Source of the DNA: an uncultured Alphaproteobacteria bacterium
GTDB lineage: Bacteria > Pseudomonadota > Alphaproteobacteria > RF32 > CAG-239
DNA length: 64,000 nucleotides
Assembly (NCBI GenBank): GCA_949297415.1
Contig: CASFSV010000016.1
Location: 171 to 64,170 of the forward strand
Direction of reading: 5' to 3'
Shown here: positions 1 through 9,753 of the stretch, piece by piece
How the letters are laid out: each line of letters opens with the position of its first letter
How positions within the stretch are numbered: position 1 is the stretch's first letter
Notes under the pieces: model-generated
What the model was told of the DNA's origin: nothing
Seen by the model: only the letters and a program-made list of their open reading frames with translations
Databases searched by the model: none
Made by a program: the position numbers and the translations under genes

Positions 1-1341
1 ACAGTCGGTGACTTCAAAGACGGAGTTATGAATATATGCGCACCGACCGCTTTTATGAAAAACTGGGTTGTTACTCATTATTCTGATAGAATCAATAAGA
101 TTTGGGAGCAGCAGAATCCAGATATTAAAAAGATTAATTTCATTGTTCAAACTGGTTTTAGTGATAGACGTAGTGTTGACACTTCTCTTTTGAAAAAAAT
201 TTCGTCTTCACCAACACCTCAAAATATTTATGGTTGTAACATTAATAGCAGTTCTTTCGGTTTGGTTGCCGGTGCTAGTTTAGCTAATGATACATCTAAC
301 AGCAACAGCAACATTACCAACGGCACACCGTTGAATCCGAACTATACATTTGAAAACTTTGTTGTCGGAAAAACAAATGAGTTTGCATATGCGGCCGCTC
401 GTAAAGTAGCAGAATCTAAAAATGTATCTTTTAATCCTTTGTTTTTATATTCCAGCGTTGGGCTCGGAAAGACTCACTTAATGCATTCCATTATTTGGCA
501 CATTAAGAAGAACGATCCAACACGCAATGTCATCTATTTAACAGCAGAACAATTTGTTTATAAATTCGTTAAAGCTTTGCGTTACAAAGATACAGCTGCT
601 TTTAAAGAACAGTTTCGCTCTGTAGATGTATTGATGGTTGATGATTTCCAATTTATGGGTAACAAAGGCACTACGCAGGAAGAATTCTTCCATACGTTTA
701 GCTCGTTAGTTGAAGAAGGAAAACAAGTTATTATTTCTGCTGACAAATCCCCAACCGATTTGGATGGTATTGAAGAACGTTTGAAATCTCGTTTGGTAGG
801 TGGTTTAGTTGTAGATATTATGCCAACAAACTTTGATTTGAGAATGGGTATCCTTCAAAAGAAAGCAGAACTTATGGGAATCGAACTTCCGCAAAAAGTT
901 GCTGAATTTTTGGCTCAAAAAATTACCTCTAACGTTCGCGAACTTGAAGGCTCTTTGAAAAGAGTTGCCGCACACTCTCAACTTTTGTCAGGCAAAGAAA
1001 TTACTTTGGACATGACACAAGATGTTCTCAAAGATATGTTGCGTTCTATTGACAGAAAAACAACTATCGATGAGATTCAAAAGAAAGTTGCTGAACACTT
1101 TAATATTTCTGTTAAAGAGCTTCAGTCTTCTCGTAGAGCAAGAACCGTTGCTCGTCCAAGACAAATTGCAATGTATCTAGCAAAGCAATTAACTTCACGT
1201 TCTTTACCGGAAATCGGTCGTAAGTTTGACAGAGATCACACAACGGTTATGCATGCGGTTAGAAAGGTTGAAGAGTTGATTATTGAAGATCAATCTTTGG
1301 CTGAGAATATTGAAATTTTAAGAAGAACTCTTGAAAACTAA
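1..1341 (+). CDS. dnaA: Chromosomal replication initiator DnaA, probably 5'-truncated by the window edge (ORF-track start is 28)
   Basis: AAA+ Walker A GLGKTHLMHS, Walker B VLMVDDFQF, and C-terminal DnaA-box-binding HTH RQIAMYLAKQLTSRSLPEIGRKFDRDHTTVMHAVRKV. Frame 1 is open from base 1 (TVGDFKDGV precedes the first Met). dnaN-recF follow. Confidence 0.95.
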   Translation, partial: TVGDFKDGVMNICAPTAFMKNWVVTHYSDRINKIWEQQNPDIKKINFIVQTGFSDRRSVDTSLLKKISSSPTPQNIYGCNINSSSFGLVAGASLANDTSNSNSNITNGTPLNPNYTFENFVVGKTNEFAYAAARKVAESKNVSFNPLFLYSSVGLGKTHLMHSIIWHIKKNDPTRNVIYLTAEQFVYKFVKALRYKDTAAFKEQFRSVDVLMVDDFQFMGNKGTTQEEFFHTFSSLVEEGKQVIISADKSPTDLDGIEERLKSRLVGGLVVDIMPTNFDLRMGILQKKAELMGIELPQKVAEFLAQKITSNVRELEGSLKRVAAHSQLLSGKEITLDMTQDVLKDMLRSIDRKTTIDEIQKKVAEHFNISVKELQSSRRARTVARPRQIAMYLAKQLTSRSLPEIGRKFDRDHTTVMHAVRKVEELIIEDQSLAENIEILRRTLEN

Positions 1342-1448
1342 AGTTCAATAAAAAAACTTGTTGAAGACTTATTTTTTGACTTCTGATTTTACTGATTTGT
1401 GCTACAGTATGGAAAGATAAAGATAAGTCTTTTTTTAGGATAAAGATA

Positions 1449-2567
1449 ATGAAATTTACAATTGAACGCGCACATCTATTAAAGACTCTCAGCCATGTTC
1501 AGAGCATTGTTGAGAAAAGAAACACCATTCCGGTTTTATCTAATGTTAGAATCGAAGCAAAAGACTCTTGCATCAATTTTAAAGCTACGGATATGGATAT
1601 TGAAATAACCGAAATTGTTGAAGCAAAAGTTATTGAACCAGGTGCGACTACGGCTCCTGCTCATATGCTTTATGATATTGTAAGAAAACTTTCTGATGGT
1701 TCTGATGTCGAAATTGCTTATCCAGATGAAAAAAATGCTTTAAGCATTTCTTCGGGGCGTTCTAAGTTTTCTTTATCTACTATCGGTGTTGAAGATTTTC
1801 CGATTATTTCCGGAGATGATTTACCGGTTAATTTTGAAATCAGCCGTGATGAACTCAAAACTCTTATTGATCGCACTCAATTTTCTGCTTCGGTTGAAGA
1901 GGCTCGTTATTATTTAAATGGTCTTTATGTTCATGCTAAAAATGAAGGTGATACAAAAGTTTTAAGAGTTGTTGCTACTGATGGACATAGACTGGCTTGC
2001 GCCGAATCTCCTCTTCCTGACGGAGCTGAAAAACTTGAAGGCGTTATTATTCCGAGAAAATCTGTTTTGGAAATCAGAAAATTACTTGACGATGCTTCAA
2101 CAGAAACTGTTTCTATGGCTTTGTCTGAAAATAAAGTTCGTATCTCTTTTGAAGACATAACTCTTACATCTAAGCTGATTGATGGCACTTTCCCTGATTA
2201 TGAAAGAGTTATTCCGACTGATAATGATAAGATTCTGGAAGTAAATGTTAAGGAATTAGCTTCTGCAGTTGATCGTGTTTCTGTGGTTACAGAAAGAAGT
2301 CGTGGTATTCGCATGATCACAGATACAAATCATGTTACTATCGCAGCTTCTAATGCGGAACTTGGCAATGCTTCTGAAGAATTAGAAGCTAAATATGATA
2401 AAGATCCTATTGATACAGGTTACAACTTCCGTTATTTGCTGGATATTTTAGCACAAATTAAAGGAGATGAAGTTCGTTTTAGTTTGTCTGGGAATGCTGC
2501 GGCAATCGTTATTAACGATACTTCTGATAATAGCGCCATCTACGTTTTAATGCCTATGAGAATTTAA
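1449..2567 (+). CDS. dnaN: DNA polymerase III beta sliding clamp
   Basis: 372 aa directly after dnaA. The N-terminus MKFTIERAHLLKTLSHVQSIVEKRNTIPVLSNVRIEA and C-terminus YVLMPMRI are typical of DnaN, and the length fits three clamp domains. Confidence 0.93.
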   Translation: MKFTIERAHLLKTLSHVQSIVEKRNTIPVLSNVRIEAKDSCINFKATDMDIEITEIVEAKVIEPGATTAPAHMLYDIVRKLSDGSDVEIAYPDEKNALSISSGRSKFSLSTIGVEDFPIISGDDLPVNFEISRDELKTLIDRTQFSASVEEARYYLNGLYVHAKNEGDTKVLRVVATDGHRLACAESPLPDGAEKLEGVIIPRKSVLEIRKLLDDASTETVSMALSENKVRISFEDITLTSKLIDGTFPDYERVIPTDNDKILEVNVKELASAVDRVSVVTERSRGIRMITDTNHVTIAASNAELGNASEELEAKYDKDPIDTGYNFRYLLDILAQIKGDEVRFSLSGNAAAIVINDTSDNSAIYVLMPMRI

Positions 2568-3809
2568 GTGAGTGCTATTGTTTCTTGTAACTCAATGATA
2601 GATGATAATAAGGTTGGGTCTGCTGTAAGGCGCCTAACCTTAGTTAATTTTCGAAACTATAAATATTTGCGTCTTAACTTTAATTCGCCTTTTATTATTC
2701 TCGGAGGTGAAAACGGAAGTGGTAAAACGAATGTTTTAGAAGCAGTTTCTTTTTTATCTCAAGGACGTGGACTTCGTAACGCTAAACTTTCTGAAATAAA
2801 AACATTTGATTTTTTAGCTAATCAACAGCCTTCTCCAATTTTCATCAATAATAACGGTTGGGCCGTTTCTGCTCAAATTGAAAAATTTGGTGAAGAATTT
2901 AATATTGGTACAGCTGTTGAAAGCTTTGTGAAAGAATCTGAATATAATGAGATTAAAGAAGTCGAACGAAGAATCGTCCAAGTTAACAATCAAAAACTTT
3001 CTTCTCAAAATGAATTGGGAAATTACCTATCCATTATTTGGGTGACACCACAAATGGATAGGTTATTTCAAACAGGAGCCCAGCTACGCCGTAACTTTCT
3101 TGATAGAATCGTCTGTACTTTTGATATTGAACATGCCAGAAGAATCTCTTCATACGATAATCTTTACAGACAGTGGCTTCAAATTCTTAAAAGTGGAAAT
3201 ATCAATACATCATGGCTCAATGCTTTAGAAGAACAGATGTCCGGTATTGGTGTTGCCATTGCTGCTGCCAGAAGAGAGCAAGTGCAAAAGCTCAATACTT
3301 TTATTGAGCAGAATCCTGATGATATTTTTCCTGATGCGTTTCTCTCTCTTGATGGCACAATAGAGAAAATGCTTGAAGATAAGCCTGCTATTTATGTTGA
3401 AGATTTTTATAGAGAATCTCTTTTTAATCTGCGTCGTAATATTCTTTTTAATGATTCCTCAAATACTTTTAATAAAACGGATTTATGTGTACTTTATAAA
3501 AAGAAAAATGTTCCCGCCGCACTCTGTTCTACCGGCGAACAGAAGGCGTTACTTTTAAGCATTATTTTAGCTCATGCTAAATCTTTGCTATATACTCGCG
3601 GCGTTTCTCCGATTTTGTTACTTGATGAAGTTGCAGCTCATTTAGATAATGCTAAAAAAGAGGCTTTTTTAACTAAAATAAATAGCCTAAAACTGCAAGC
3701 ATGGCTCACAACGACTGATTTATCTGAATTTACGAATCTAAAAGATATGGCACAATTCTTTGAAGTTAAAAATAATACGGTCAGAGAAGTTACTCTGTCC
3801 TTTCAATAA
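2568..3809 (+). CDS. recF: DNA replication/repair protein RecF
   Basis: Walker A GENGSGKTNVLEA, SMC/ABC signature STGEQKALLLSIILA, Walker B ILLLDEVAAHLD, and dnaA-dnaN-recF synteny. The GTG start abuts the dnaN stop, so the true start may be a downstream ATG (MIDDNK). Confidence 0.9.
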   Translation: MSAIVSCNSMIDDNKVGSAVRRLTLVNFRNYKYLRLNFNSPFIILGGENGSGKTNVLEAVSFLSQGRGLRNAKLSEIKTFDFLANQQPSPIFINNNGWAVSAQIEKFGEEFNIGTAVESFVKESEYNEIKEVERRIVQVNNQKLSSQNELGNYLSIIWVTPQMDRLFQTGAQLRRNFLDRIVCTFDIEHARRISSYDNLYRQWLQILKSGNINTSWLNALEEQMSGIGVAIAAARREQVQKLNTFIEQNPDDIFPDAFLSLDGTIEKMLEDKPAIYVEDFYRESLFNLRRNILFNDSSNTFNKTDLCVLYKKKNVPAALCSTGEQKALLLSIILAHAKSLLYTRGVSPILLLDEVAAHLDNAKKEAFLTKINSLKLQAWLTTTDLSEFTNLKDMAQFFEVKNNTVREVTLSFQ

Positions 3810-3820
3810 TATAAATACCC

Positions 3821-4795
3821 TCAAAACTGTTCAAATTCATGTTTCAAATCTCTGTCAAACATTGCACGAATCGTTTGTTTTATATCTGCTTGTTCGTATA
3901 TTACACGATATAGAGCTTGGCATATCGGCATATTTATATTTTCTCTGTCTGCAATATTTTTTACAGCTTTTAAAGTGTAATAGCCTTCCGCTAATTTTGA
4001 AAAATGTTCTCCTTTAGCAAACATTTCGCCAAAGGTTCGATTATGGCTATGTTTAGAAAATAATGTCGCCTCATAATCTCCCAGATGAGATAAGCCGTAC
4101 GCCGTCATTGGATTTCCACCGTAATATTTAATAAAACGTCCGACTTCCACAGGAGCCCTAGCCATTAAAGCACCTTTTAATCCATACCATTCTAAACCAT
4201 CCAAAATACCGGCCGCTATGCCTATCACATTTTTTAATGCAGCACCAACTTGATTACCGATAAAATCTTCACCATAGTAAAAACGTATTAAATCACTCTG
4301 AAACATTTTTATAGCCCTATCTTTTACCGCTTCTTCATTGCTATCGATTACAGCACATGAGGGAACTCCTTTAACATAATCTTGTACATGGCCCGGTCCT
4401 CCCAGTGTTGCAATGTGGATTGGCTGTTTTATTTCATCTTCCATTACTGTACTCAGTAAAGTTGCTTTAGGCTCTTCCAGCCCTTTCATTGCCAACAGAA
4501 ATGTCTTTCCGGCTATATTATAGCTGTTTAGCTCCTTTGCCAACCCCCTTAAATTTTGGCTTCCAATAGAAATAATTATAAAATCATTATCTAAGACATC
4601 TGCAATTTTTTCATACAAATACATATTATCACTTAGAGTCAAATATGCGTTTTTGCGCGTTTCTTGCATCTTTTTATATTCAGGAGAATTTGGGTGACTA
4701 TAAATTTTAACTCTATCCATTTTACAATAGGTTGCAGCGTACCATGCTAAAAATGTTCCCCACCTACCGCCGCCAATAACAGAAATTTCCGACAT
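3821..4795 (-). CDS. gpsA: NAD(P)H-dependent glycerol-3-phosphate dehydrogenase-like protein (divergent GpsA family)
   Basis: N-terminal Rossmann motif ISVIGGGRWGTFLA. GpsA-like core GGPGHVQDYVKGVPSCAVIDS, GAALKNVIGIAAGILDGL, GLSHLGDYEATLFSKHSHNRTFGE, and C-terminal MPICQALYRVIY. Convergent with recF with an 11-nt gap. Confidence 0.7.
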   Translation of the reverse strand: MSEISVIGGGRWGTFLAWYAATYCKMDRVKIYSHPNSPEYKKMQETRKNAYLTLSDNMYLYEKIADVLDNDFIIISIGSQNLRGLAKELNSYNIAGKTFLLAMKGLEEPKATLLSTVMEDEIKQPIHIATLGGPGHVQDYVKGVPSCAVIDSNEEAVKDRAIKMFQSDLIRFYYGEDFIGNQVGAALKNVIGIAAGILDGLEWYGLKGALMARAPVEVGRFIKYYGGNPMTAYGLSHLGDYEATLFSKHSHNRTFGEMFAKGEHFSKLAEGYYTLKAVKNIADRENINMPICQALYRVIYEQADIKQTIRAMFDRDLKHEFEQF

Positions 4796-4896
4796 AGCTG
4801 TACCTCCTCTGTTTTATATATAGCTAATTTATGCTAAATTATACACTTTAGCAATTAACTTTCTAAAGAATCAACAGATTGGATAGAGCTCTAATT

Positions 4897-5274
4897 TTAC
4901 GACTTTTTCTTTATTCTCTGGCGACCGATTATCGCATTTATATAATCAAATTTAGCAAAGGATTTGTACGCATAATCTAAGCTTTTGTTATCATAACCAT
5001 AAAATACTTTATTGGCTAGGCCTTTTATGGCATCATCAATCTTTTTAAAAGCTTCGTTATAATCTTTACTGAAATTATTTTTCGTTTTCTTTTGAACTAA
5101 ATCATGGTAGGCAGCGATAACTTTTGCCGTTTCATCCGCCGAATTAGCATACCCTTTTTTCTCAAATTCGTGCATAATTTGAGCTGTTGTTTGGTAAAAA
5201 CACTTGTTTGTCAAAATACTTTTCTGTGTTTCATTTTTGCTATCTATTATCATGGCGAAAACGTAAACCTCCAT
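4897..5274 (-). CDS. Hypothetical Lys-rich protein, no recognisable motif
   Basis: ORF only (125 aa). The first codons may be spurious because there is an alternative Met at MIIDSK. No signal peptide or TM segment seen. Confidence 0.4.
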   Translation of the reverse strand: MEVYVFAMIIDSKNETQKSILTNKCFYQTTAQIMHEFEKKGYANSADETAKVIAAYHDLVQKKTKNNFSKDYNEAFKKIDDAIKGLANKVFYGYDNKSLDYAYKSFAKFDYINAIIGRQRIKKKS

Positions 5275-5373
5275 AGTATATAAGTTTTATACCATATTGA
5301 TTTTATTTTTCAAGTAATTTTGTTTTTCCATCTTCTTCTATTTTTAGTGTATCATCTATTTGTTAAAAAAAGA

Positions 5374-5401
5374 TTGACTTCTTTTTCTTTTATATTATAA
5401 A
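5374..5401 (+). promoter_or_regulatory. Candidate sigma70-type promoter for rpmH-rnpA-yidD-yidC-engB
   Basis: TTGACT (5374-5379), 16-nt spacer, TATAAA (5396-5401), about 70 nt upstream of the rpmH ATG. Confidence 0.5.
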
Positions 5402-5472
5402 CGCTGTTGTAAAAAACCGAGAAGTAACTTTGTTTACTTTTAAATAATTAATAATTAACCGGAGATTTTAAT

Positions 5473-5607
5473 ATGAAACGTACATATCAACCAAGTAAAT
5501 TGGTAAGAGCTCGTCGCCATGGTTTTCGTACTCGTATGGCTACAGCTGGTGGTCGGAAAGTTTTAGCTGCTCGTCGTGCTAGAGGTCGTAAAAAACTTTC
5601 AGCCTAG
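5473..5607 (+). CDS. rpmH: 50S ribosomal protein L34 (too short for the ORF track)
   Basis: Manual translation gives [44 protein letters not shown], the canonical L34 sequence. GGAG lies upstream (5461-5464) and rnpA follows. Confidence 0.95.
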   Translation: MKRTYQPSKLVRARRHGFRTRMATAGGRKVLAARRARGRKKLSA

Positions 5608-5618
5608 TCTTTTCGCAG

Positions 5619-5990
5619 ATGACTAAAATAATTGTTTTCAAAAAGAGAAAAGATTTTTTAAGAGTCGCTCAGGCATTTTATGTTGCTACTCACAACATGG
5701 TGCTTCAGGCGGCTCCTAGTTTATCTGAAACAGATAATCTATTTGTCGGTTATACTGCTACTAAAAAAATTGGTAATGCTGTTTGTAGAAATCGAAGTAA
5801 GCGTCGTTTAAGAGCTATTGTTCGCGAAGTCTTAAAAACGTATGCTTTACCTCATGTTGATTATGTCTTTATTGCACGTAATTCTACTGCCACTTGCTTG
5901 TACGCAGAATTAAAAAAAGATACTATTTATGCTATTAAGCGTATAAATAAAAATTTTATACAGAATTCTGATAATACTATAACTGATTAG
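5619..5990 (+). CDS. rnpA: Ribonuclease P protein component
   Basis: Lies immediately after rpmH. Basic RNR-type motif KKIGNAVCRNRSKRRLRAIVRE, 123 aa. Confidence 0.85.
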   Translation: MTKIIVFKKRKDFLRVAQAFYVATHNMVLQAAPSLSETDNLFVGYTATKKIGNAVCRNRSKRRLRAIVREVLKTYALPHVDYVFIARNSTATCLYAELKKDTIYAIKRINKNFIQNSDNTITD

Positions 5991-6010
5991 ATAGAATAGG
6001 TTGATTTACA

Positions 6011-6283
6011 GTGTTTAAAATCTTTGCTTTTTGTCGCAATTTGCTGCTGAAAATAGCTTTAATATTCCTTAAATTTTATAAAAATGCTATTTCTCCTTTT
6101 TTACCGCATGCTTGTCGCTTTACACCTACTTGCTCTGAATATATGATGCAGGCTATTCAAATACATGGCTTGTTCAAAGGAATTCTCTTAGGTGTCAAAC
6201 GCCTCCTAAAATGCAATCCTTGGGGTGGAAACGGCTATGATCCGGTACCTCCTAAATCTGAAGTTAACAAAGATAAGGGTTAA
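6011..6283 (+). CDS. yidD: Membrane protein insertion efficiency factor YidD
   Basis: Conserved YidD core ISPFLPHACRFTPTCSEYMMQAIQIHG...KRLLKCNPWGGNGYDPVP. Sits between rnpA and yidC. GTG start. Confidence 0.85.
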   Translation: MFKIFAFCRNLLLKIALIFLKFYKNAISPFLPHACRFTPTCSEYMMQAIQIHGLFKGILLGVKRLLKCNPWGGNGYDPVPPKSEVNKDKG

Positions 6284-6368
6284 CTATGCACTTAGACTTT
6301 ACAAAACATCTTTTTTATATTAGAAAGACTAGAAATTATTTAATTAAAAATCAGGAGAGACATTACAA

Positions 6369-8045
6369 ATGAAAGATGATTTAAGATCTCTATCTTTGGC
6401 AATTTTGTTGTCGTTTATTGCTATATTTACTGTTAATTACTTTTTTGGAATTGATAAAAAGAGTGCTGTTCAAAAACAGGTTGCCGAAATTGAACAAGTT
6501 GCTGAAAAACTAAATCAAACTACCAGCAAAAATCCTGAAAATACAGTAATTAAAACGACCCAAGAAATTCTTGCTGAAGATAAACGCATCAACTTTAAAA
6601 ATGCAGCTGTTGCCGGTAGTATTCGTTTAAAAGGTGCTCGTTTCGATGATTTATATTTGACTAAGTATAATGTTACTCTTGATGATAATAGCTCCAAAGT
6701 TGAACTTCTCAAACCGGCGAATACCGATAATCAGTATTTTGCAGATTTGGGATGGTTATCTTTGGATAAGTCTATCAAACTTCCTACTGCTGATACTGTT
6801 TGGAATACAACCGATGAAGAATTGGTTCCCGGTAAAACAATTACTTTAACTTGGAATAATGGGAACGGGCTTGAATTTGTTCGGAAAATTTCTATTGACC
6901 AAAACTATTTGTTCACTATTGATGATACTATTTTCAATAATTCAAACCAAGAAGTTGATTTGTTTCCATATGCTCTTATCAGCCGTAATATAAAAAACTT
7001 TGCGCAAACTCGTTCCGTTGTTCATGAAGGTATGAATGGCGTTATTGATAATACTTTACAAGAATTTAAATATACTGATTTTGATGTAAATGATAGTGAG
7101 AAATTTGAAACTCGTGGCGGTTGGCTTGGCTTTTCAGATCGCTATTGGTTCTCAGCACTTGTTCTTGATGATAAAGATAATGTTTCTGTTACCTTCAAAA
7201 ATAATGGCGATTATAATTATCAGGTAGATTATCTTGGTTCAAGATTGATAATTCCTGCTCATAAATCTCAATCTTATTCTTATCGCTTTTTCTCGGGTGC
7301 TAAAGAGGTTAAATTACTTGATTCTTATACTAAAGATAACAATATTCCAAAATTCGATTTGGCTGTTGATTTTGGATGGTATTATTTCTTAACTAAGCCT
7401 TTTTTCTTTATTCTTGATTTTCTTTATGGTTTTCTGGGTAATATGGGCTGGGCTATCTTGTTATTTGCAGCTCTTTTACGCTTGTGCATGTTCCCTATTG
7501 CTAATAAATCATACACAAGTATGGCTAAAATGAAAGCTCTACAACCCAAAATCAACGATATTCGTGCCAAATATGGTGATAATCAAATGCTTATTCAACA
7601 AGCAACTATGGAGCTTTATAAACGTGAAAAAATTAATCCAGCTGCAGGATGTTTGCCTTTATTCATTCAAATCCCTGTATTCTTTTCTCTTTATAAAGTT
7701 TTGAACATCTCTATTGAGATTAGACACGCTCCTTTTATTGGATGGATTAAAGATTTATCGGCTCCCGATCCTTTGACTTTATCGCAAATTCTCCATATCT
7801 ATGTGCCTGGATTTATTGATATTGGTTTATGGCCGATTTTTATGGGCTTTACCATGTGGATGCAACAGAAACTTAATCCTGCTCCAGTTAATAAAGATCA
7901 AGCTAGAATGTTTGCTTTAATGCCGGTGTTCTTTACATTTATGCTCGGACATTTTGCTTCCGGATTGGTGATTTATTGGACTCTCAGCAATATTCTTTCT
8001 ATCATACAACAGAAAGTGATTATGCATAAAAACGGAGTTGACTAA
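6369..8045 (+). CDS. yidC: Membrane protein insertase YidC
   Basis: N-terminal TM, large periplasmic domain, and conserved C-terminal core MAKMKALQPKINDIRAKYGDNQMLIQQATMELYKREKINPAAGCLPLFIQIPVFFSLY with five TM segments. Confidence 0.93.
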   Translation: MKDDLRSLSLAILLSFIAIFTVNYFFGIDKKSAVQKQVAEIEQVAEKLNQTTSKNPENTVIKTTQEILAEDKRINFKNAAVAGSIRLKGARFDDLYLTKYNVTLDDNSSKVELLKPANTDNQYFADLGWLSLDKSIKLPTADTVWNTTDEELVPGKTITLTWNNGNGLEFVRKISIDQNYLFTIDDTIFNNSNQEVDLFPYALISRNIKNFAQTRSVVHEGMNGVIDNTLQEFKYTDFDVNDSEKFETRGGWLGFSDRYWFSALVLDDKDNVSVTFKNNGDYNYQVDYLGSRLIIPAHKSQSYSYRFFSGAKEVKLLDSYTKDNNIPKFDLAVDFGWYYFLTKPFFFILDFLYGFLGNMGWAILLFAALLRLCMFPIANKSYTSMAKMKALQPKINDIRAKYGDNQMLIQQATMELYKREKINPAAGCLPLFIQIPVFFSLYKVLNISIEIRHAPFIGWIKDLSAPDPLTLSQILHIYVPGFIDIGLWPIFMGFTMWMQQKLNPAPVNKDQARMFALMPVFFTFMLGHFASGLVIYWTLSNILSIIQQKVIMHKNGVD

Positions 8046-8689
8046 TGAGCCAAACTGACACACAGCAATTAGAGGATTTTTCTCTCGCTCGCGATTTCTT
8101 TAATAAAAAATGTACATTTATGTTGAGTGTTGCGAATCTTAAGCAACTTCCTAATGGAGATCGTCCGGAAGTTGCTTTTGCTGGGCGTTCTAATGTAGGT
8201 AAGTCTAGCTTAATTAATGCTCTATTTGGGCAAAAAAAATTAGCCAAAACATCTTCTACTCCGGGAAGGACGCAGCAATTAAACTATTTTAATCTAGATG
8301 ATAAATTGTATCTGGTTGATTTGCCCGGATATGGTTTTGCAAAAGCACCTAAAGATATTGTACGTAATTGGCAGCAACTAATAAATTCATATTTAGTAGG
8401 CAGGCCGAATCTTAGACGTGTTTTTCTTCTCATTGATTCTAGGCATGGCATTAAAAAAATTGATTCTGAAATCATGGATATGTTGGATAAGGCTGCTGTT
8501 ACTTATCAAATTGTTTTAACTAAAATTGATAAAATCAGTGCTTCTGCTCTCGATAGAATCGTAAAAGAAACACAAATACAGCTTAAAGAACATACCGCTG
8601 CTCATGTTTCTGTTTTAAAAACAAGTTCTGAAAAAAATCTATTTTTGGATGAGCTGAAAAATGAAATTGCAGAATTAGCGAACTTCTAA
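8045..8689 (+). CDS. engB: Ribosome biogenesis GTPase EngB/YihA
   Basis: G1 GRSNVGKSSLINAL, G3 LVDLPGYG, G4 LTKIDK. The start overlaps the yidC stop by 1 nt. Confidence 0.9.
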   Translation: MSQTDTQQLEDFSLARDFFNKKCTFMLSVANLKQLPNGDRPEVAFAGRSNVGKSSLINALFGQKKLAKTSSTPGRTQQLNYFNLDDKLYLVDLPGYGFAKAPKDIVRNWQQLINSYLVGRPNLRRVFLLIDSRHGIKKIDSEIMDMLDKAAVTYQIVLTKIDKISASALDRIVKETQIQLKEHTAAHVSVLKTSSEKNLFLDELKNEIAELANF

Positions 8690-8692
8690 CTT

Positions 8693-9673
8693 TTAAGTTA
8701 TTTCTGTTATACCACGAATGTTTCCGTCTCTTACAATTTGCACAACGTGAAGTTTGCGGCGCATTTCTTCTATTGTTTTTTCAACATCAATATTAGGCTG
8801 CGTTCTCATAATACGTTTTACAAAAGCTTCGTATGCCGCCGTTGAACTTTCTGCGTGGATTGTAGCCAGACAGTTATCGTGTCCGGAGCCCATCAACTCC
8901 CAAATTGCTCCGGCATTACTCGTTGAAATTTCTCCGCCGATAATTGCGTCTGGCGTAAAACGCACAATCAAGTCAATCACCTTTGAGTAATCCATCGTAT
9001 TGGTTTGTTCTGTACGTGACAGTACAATGTGTACTCTGTTGGGCTGTGGCACATTTAATTCTCGTGTATCCTCCACTGTAATAACACGTTTATGTATGTC
9101 TAATAGCTTTAAGAGGTTATTTAATAGTGTTGTTTTACCAGTACCGGTACCGCCACTTACTAATATATGATCACCGCGTCGCAATGCCAATAATAACCGT
9201 TCATAAGCATCATCCGGATCCTTAATATTTTTCAATGGATTTATTTCTTTTAGTTTTTTTCCTTGCTCTAATCCGTAGTCTCCGAATCCGAATGCGACAT
9301 CATCTGTATGTAAACGAATCGTTATGGCTATTCCTCCTGTTGCAGCATCATCTAAATCATATTCAATATTTTTTCCAGCAACCCCCGTAAAACGGTGCCC
9401 TCCTGGAATTCTGGCATAAACAACCGGTGATCCATTTATTGGATCAAATTCTTGATCATTTAAATTTGCAATGATGTGAAGCAGGTTTGTCAAATATTCT
9501 CTAGTTAGTTTCGGATCTTTATAATTTACCCAAGGGAATGCTCTTTTTCCACGCAGACGTAACCATATATCTCCCGGATGATTTATGGCTACTTCTTCTA
9601 TATTTTCTTGTTCATACCAGTATGATAAAGGTCTTAATACCGAGCTTAGAACTTCATCCTCTAGTTTTCCCAT
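8693..9673 (-). CDS. virB11: T4SS ATPase VirB11
   Basis: Walker A VSGGTGTGKTTLLNNLL, VITVEDTRELN, PDAIIGGEIS, His box GHDNCLATIHAES, 326 aa, last gene of the virB operon. Its stop lies 3 nt from the engB stop (convergent). Confidence 0.9.
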   Translation of the reverse strand: MGKLEDEVLSSVLRPLSYWYEQENIEEVAINHPGDIWLRLRGKRAFPWVNYKDPKLTREYLTNLLHIIANLNDQEFDPINGSPVVYARIPGGHRFTGVAGKNIEYDLDDAATGGIAITIRLHTDDVAFGFGDYGLEQGKKLKEINPLKNIKDPDDAYERLLLALRRGDHILVSGGTGTGKTTLLNNLLKLLDIHKRVITVEDTRELNVPQPNRVHIVLSRTEQTNTMDYSKVIDLIVRFTPDAIIGGEISTSNAGAIWELMGSGHDNCLATIHAESSTAAYEAFVKRIMRTQPNIDVEKTIEEMRRKLHVVQIVRDGNIRGITEIT

Positions 9674-9753
9674 TTATATACTCCCTTTTATTTGCTTCTT
9701 TTATTCTAGCAAATATTCACTATTTCGTCAATACAACGTCTAAATTATCTGTT

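Noticed and set aside
1342-1448. dnaA-dnaN intergenic region (and 4796-4896, 5275-5472) examined for an oriC with DnaA boxes
   Set aside because: I could not find TTATCCACA/TGTGGATAA-like boxes or an obvious box cluster by eye. oriC may lie upstream of dnaA, outside the window.
8020-8475. Minus-strand ORFs 8020-8247 and 8284-8475 antisense to engB
   Set aside because: They lie inside engB, which is supported by GTPase motifs, and have no motif or SD support.
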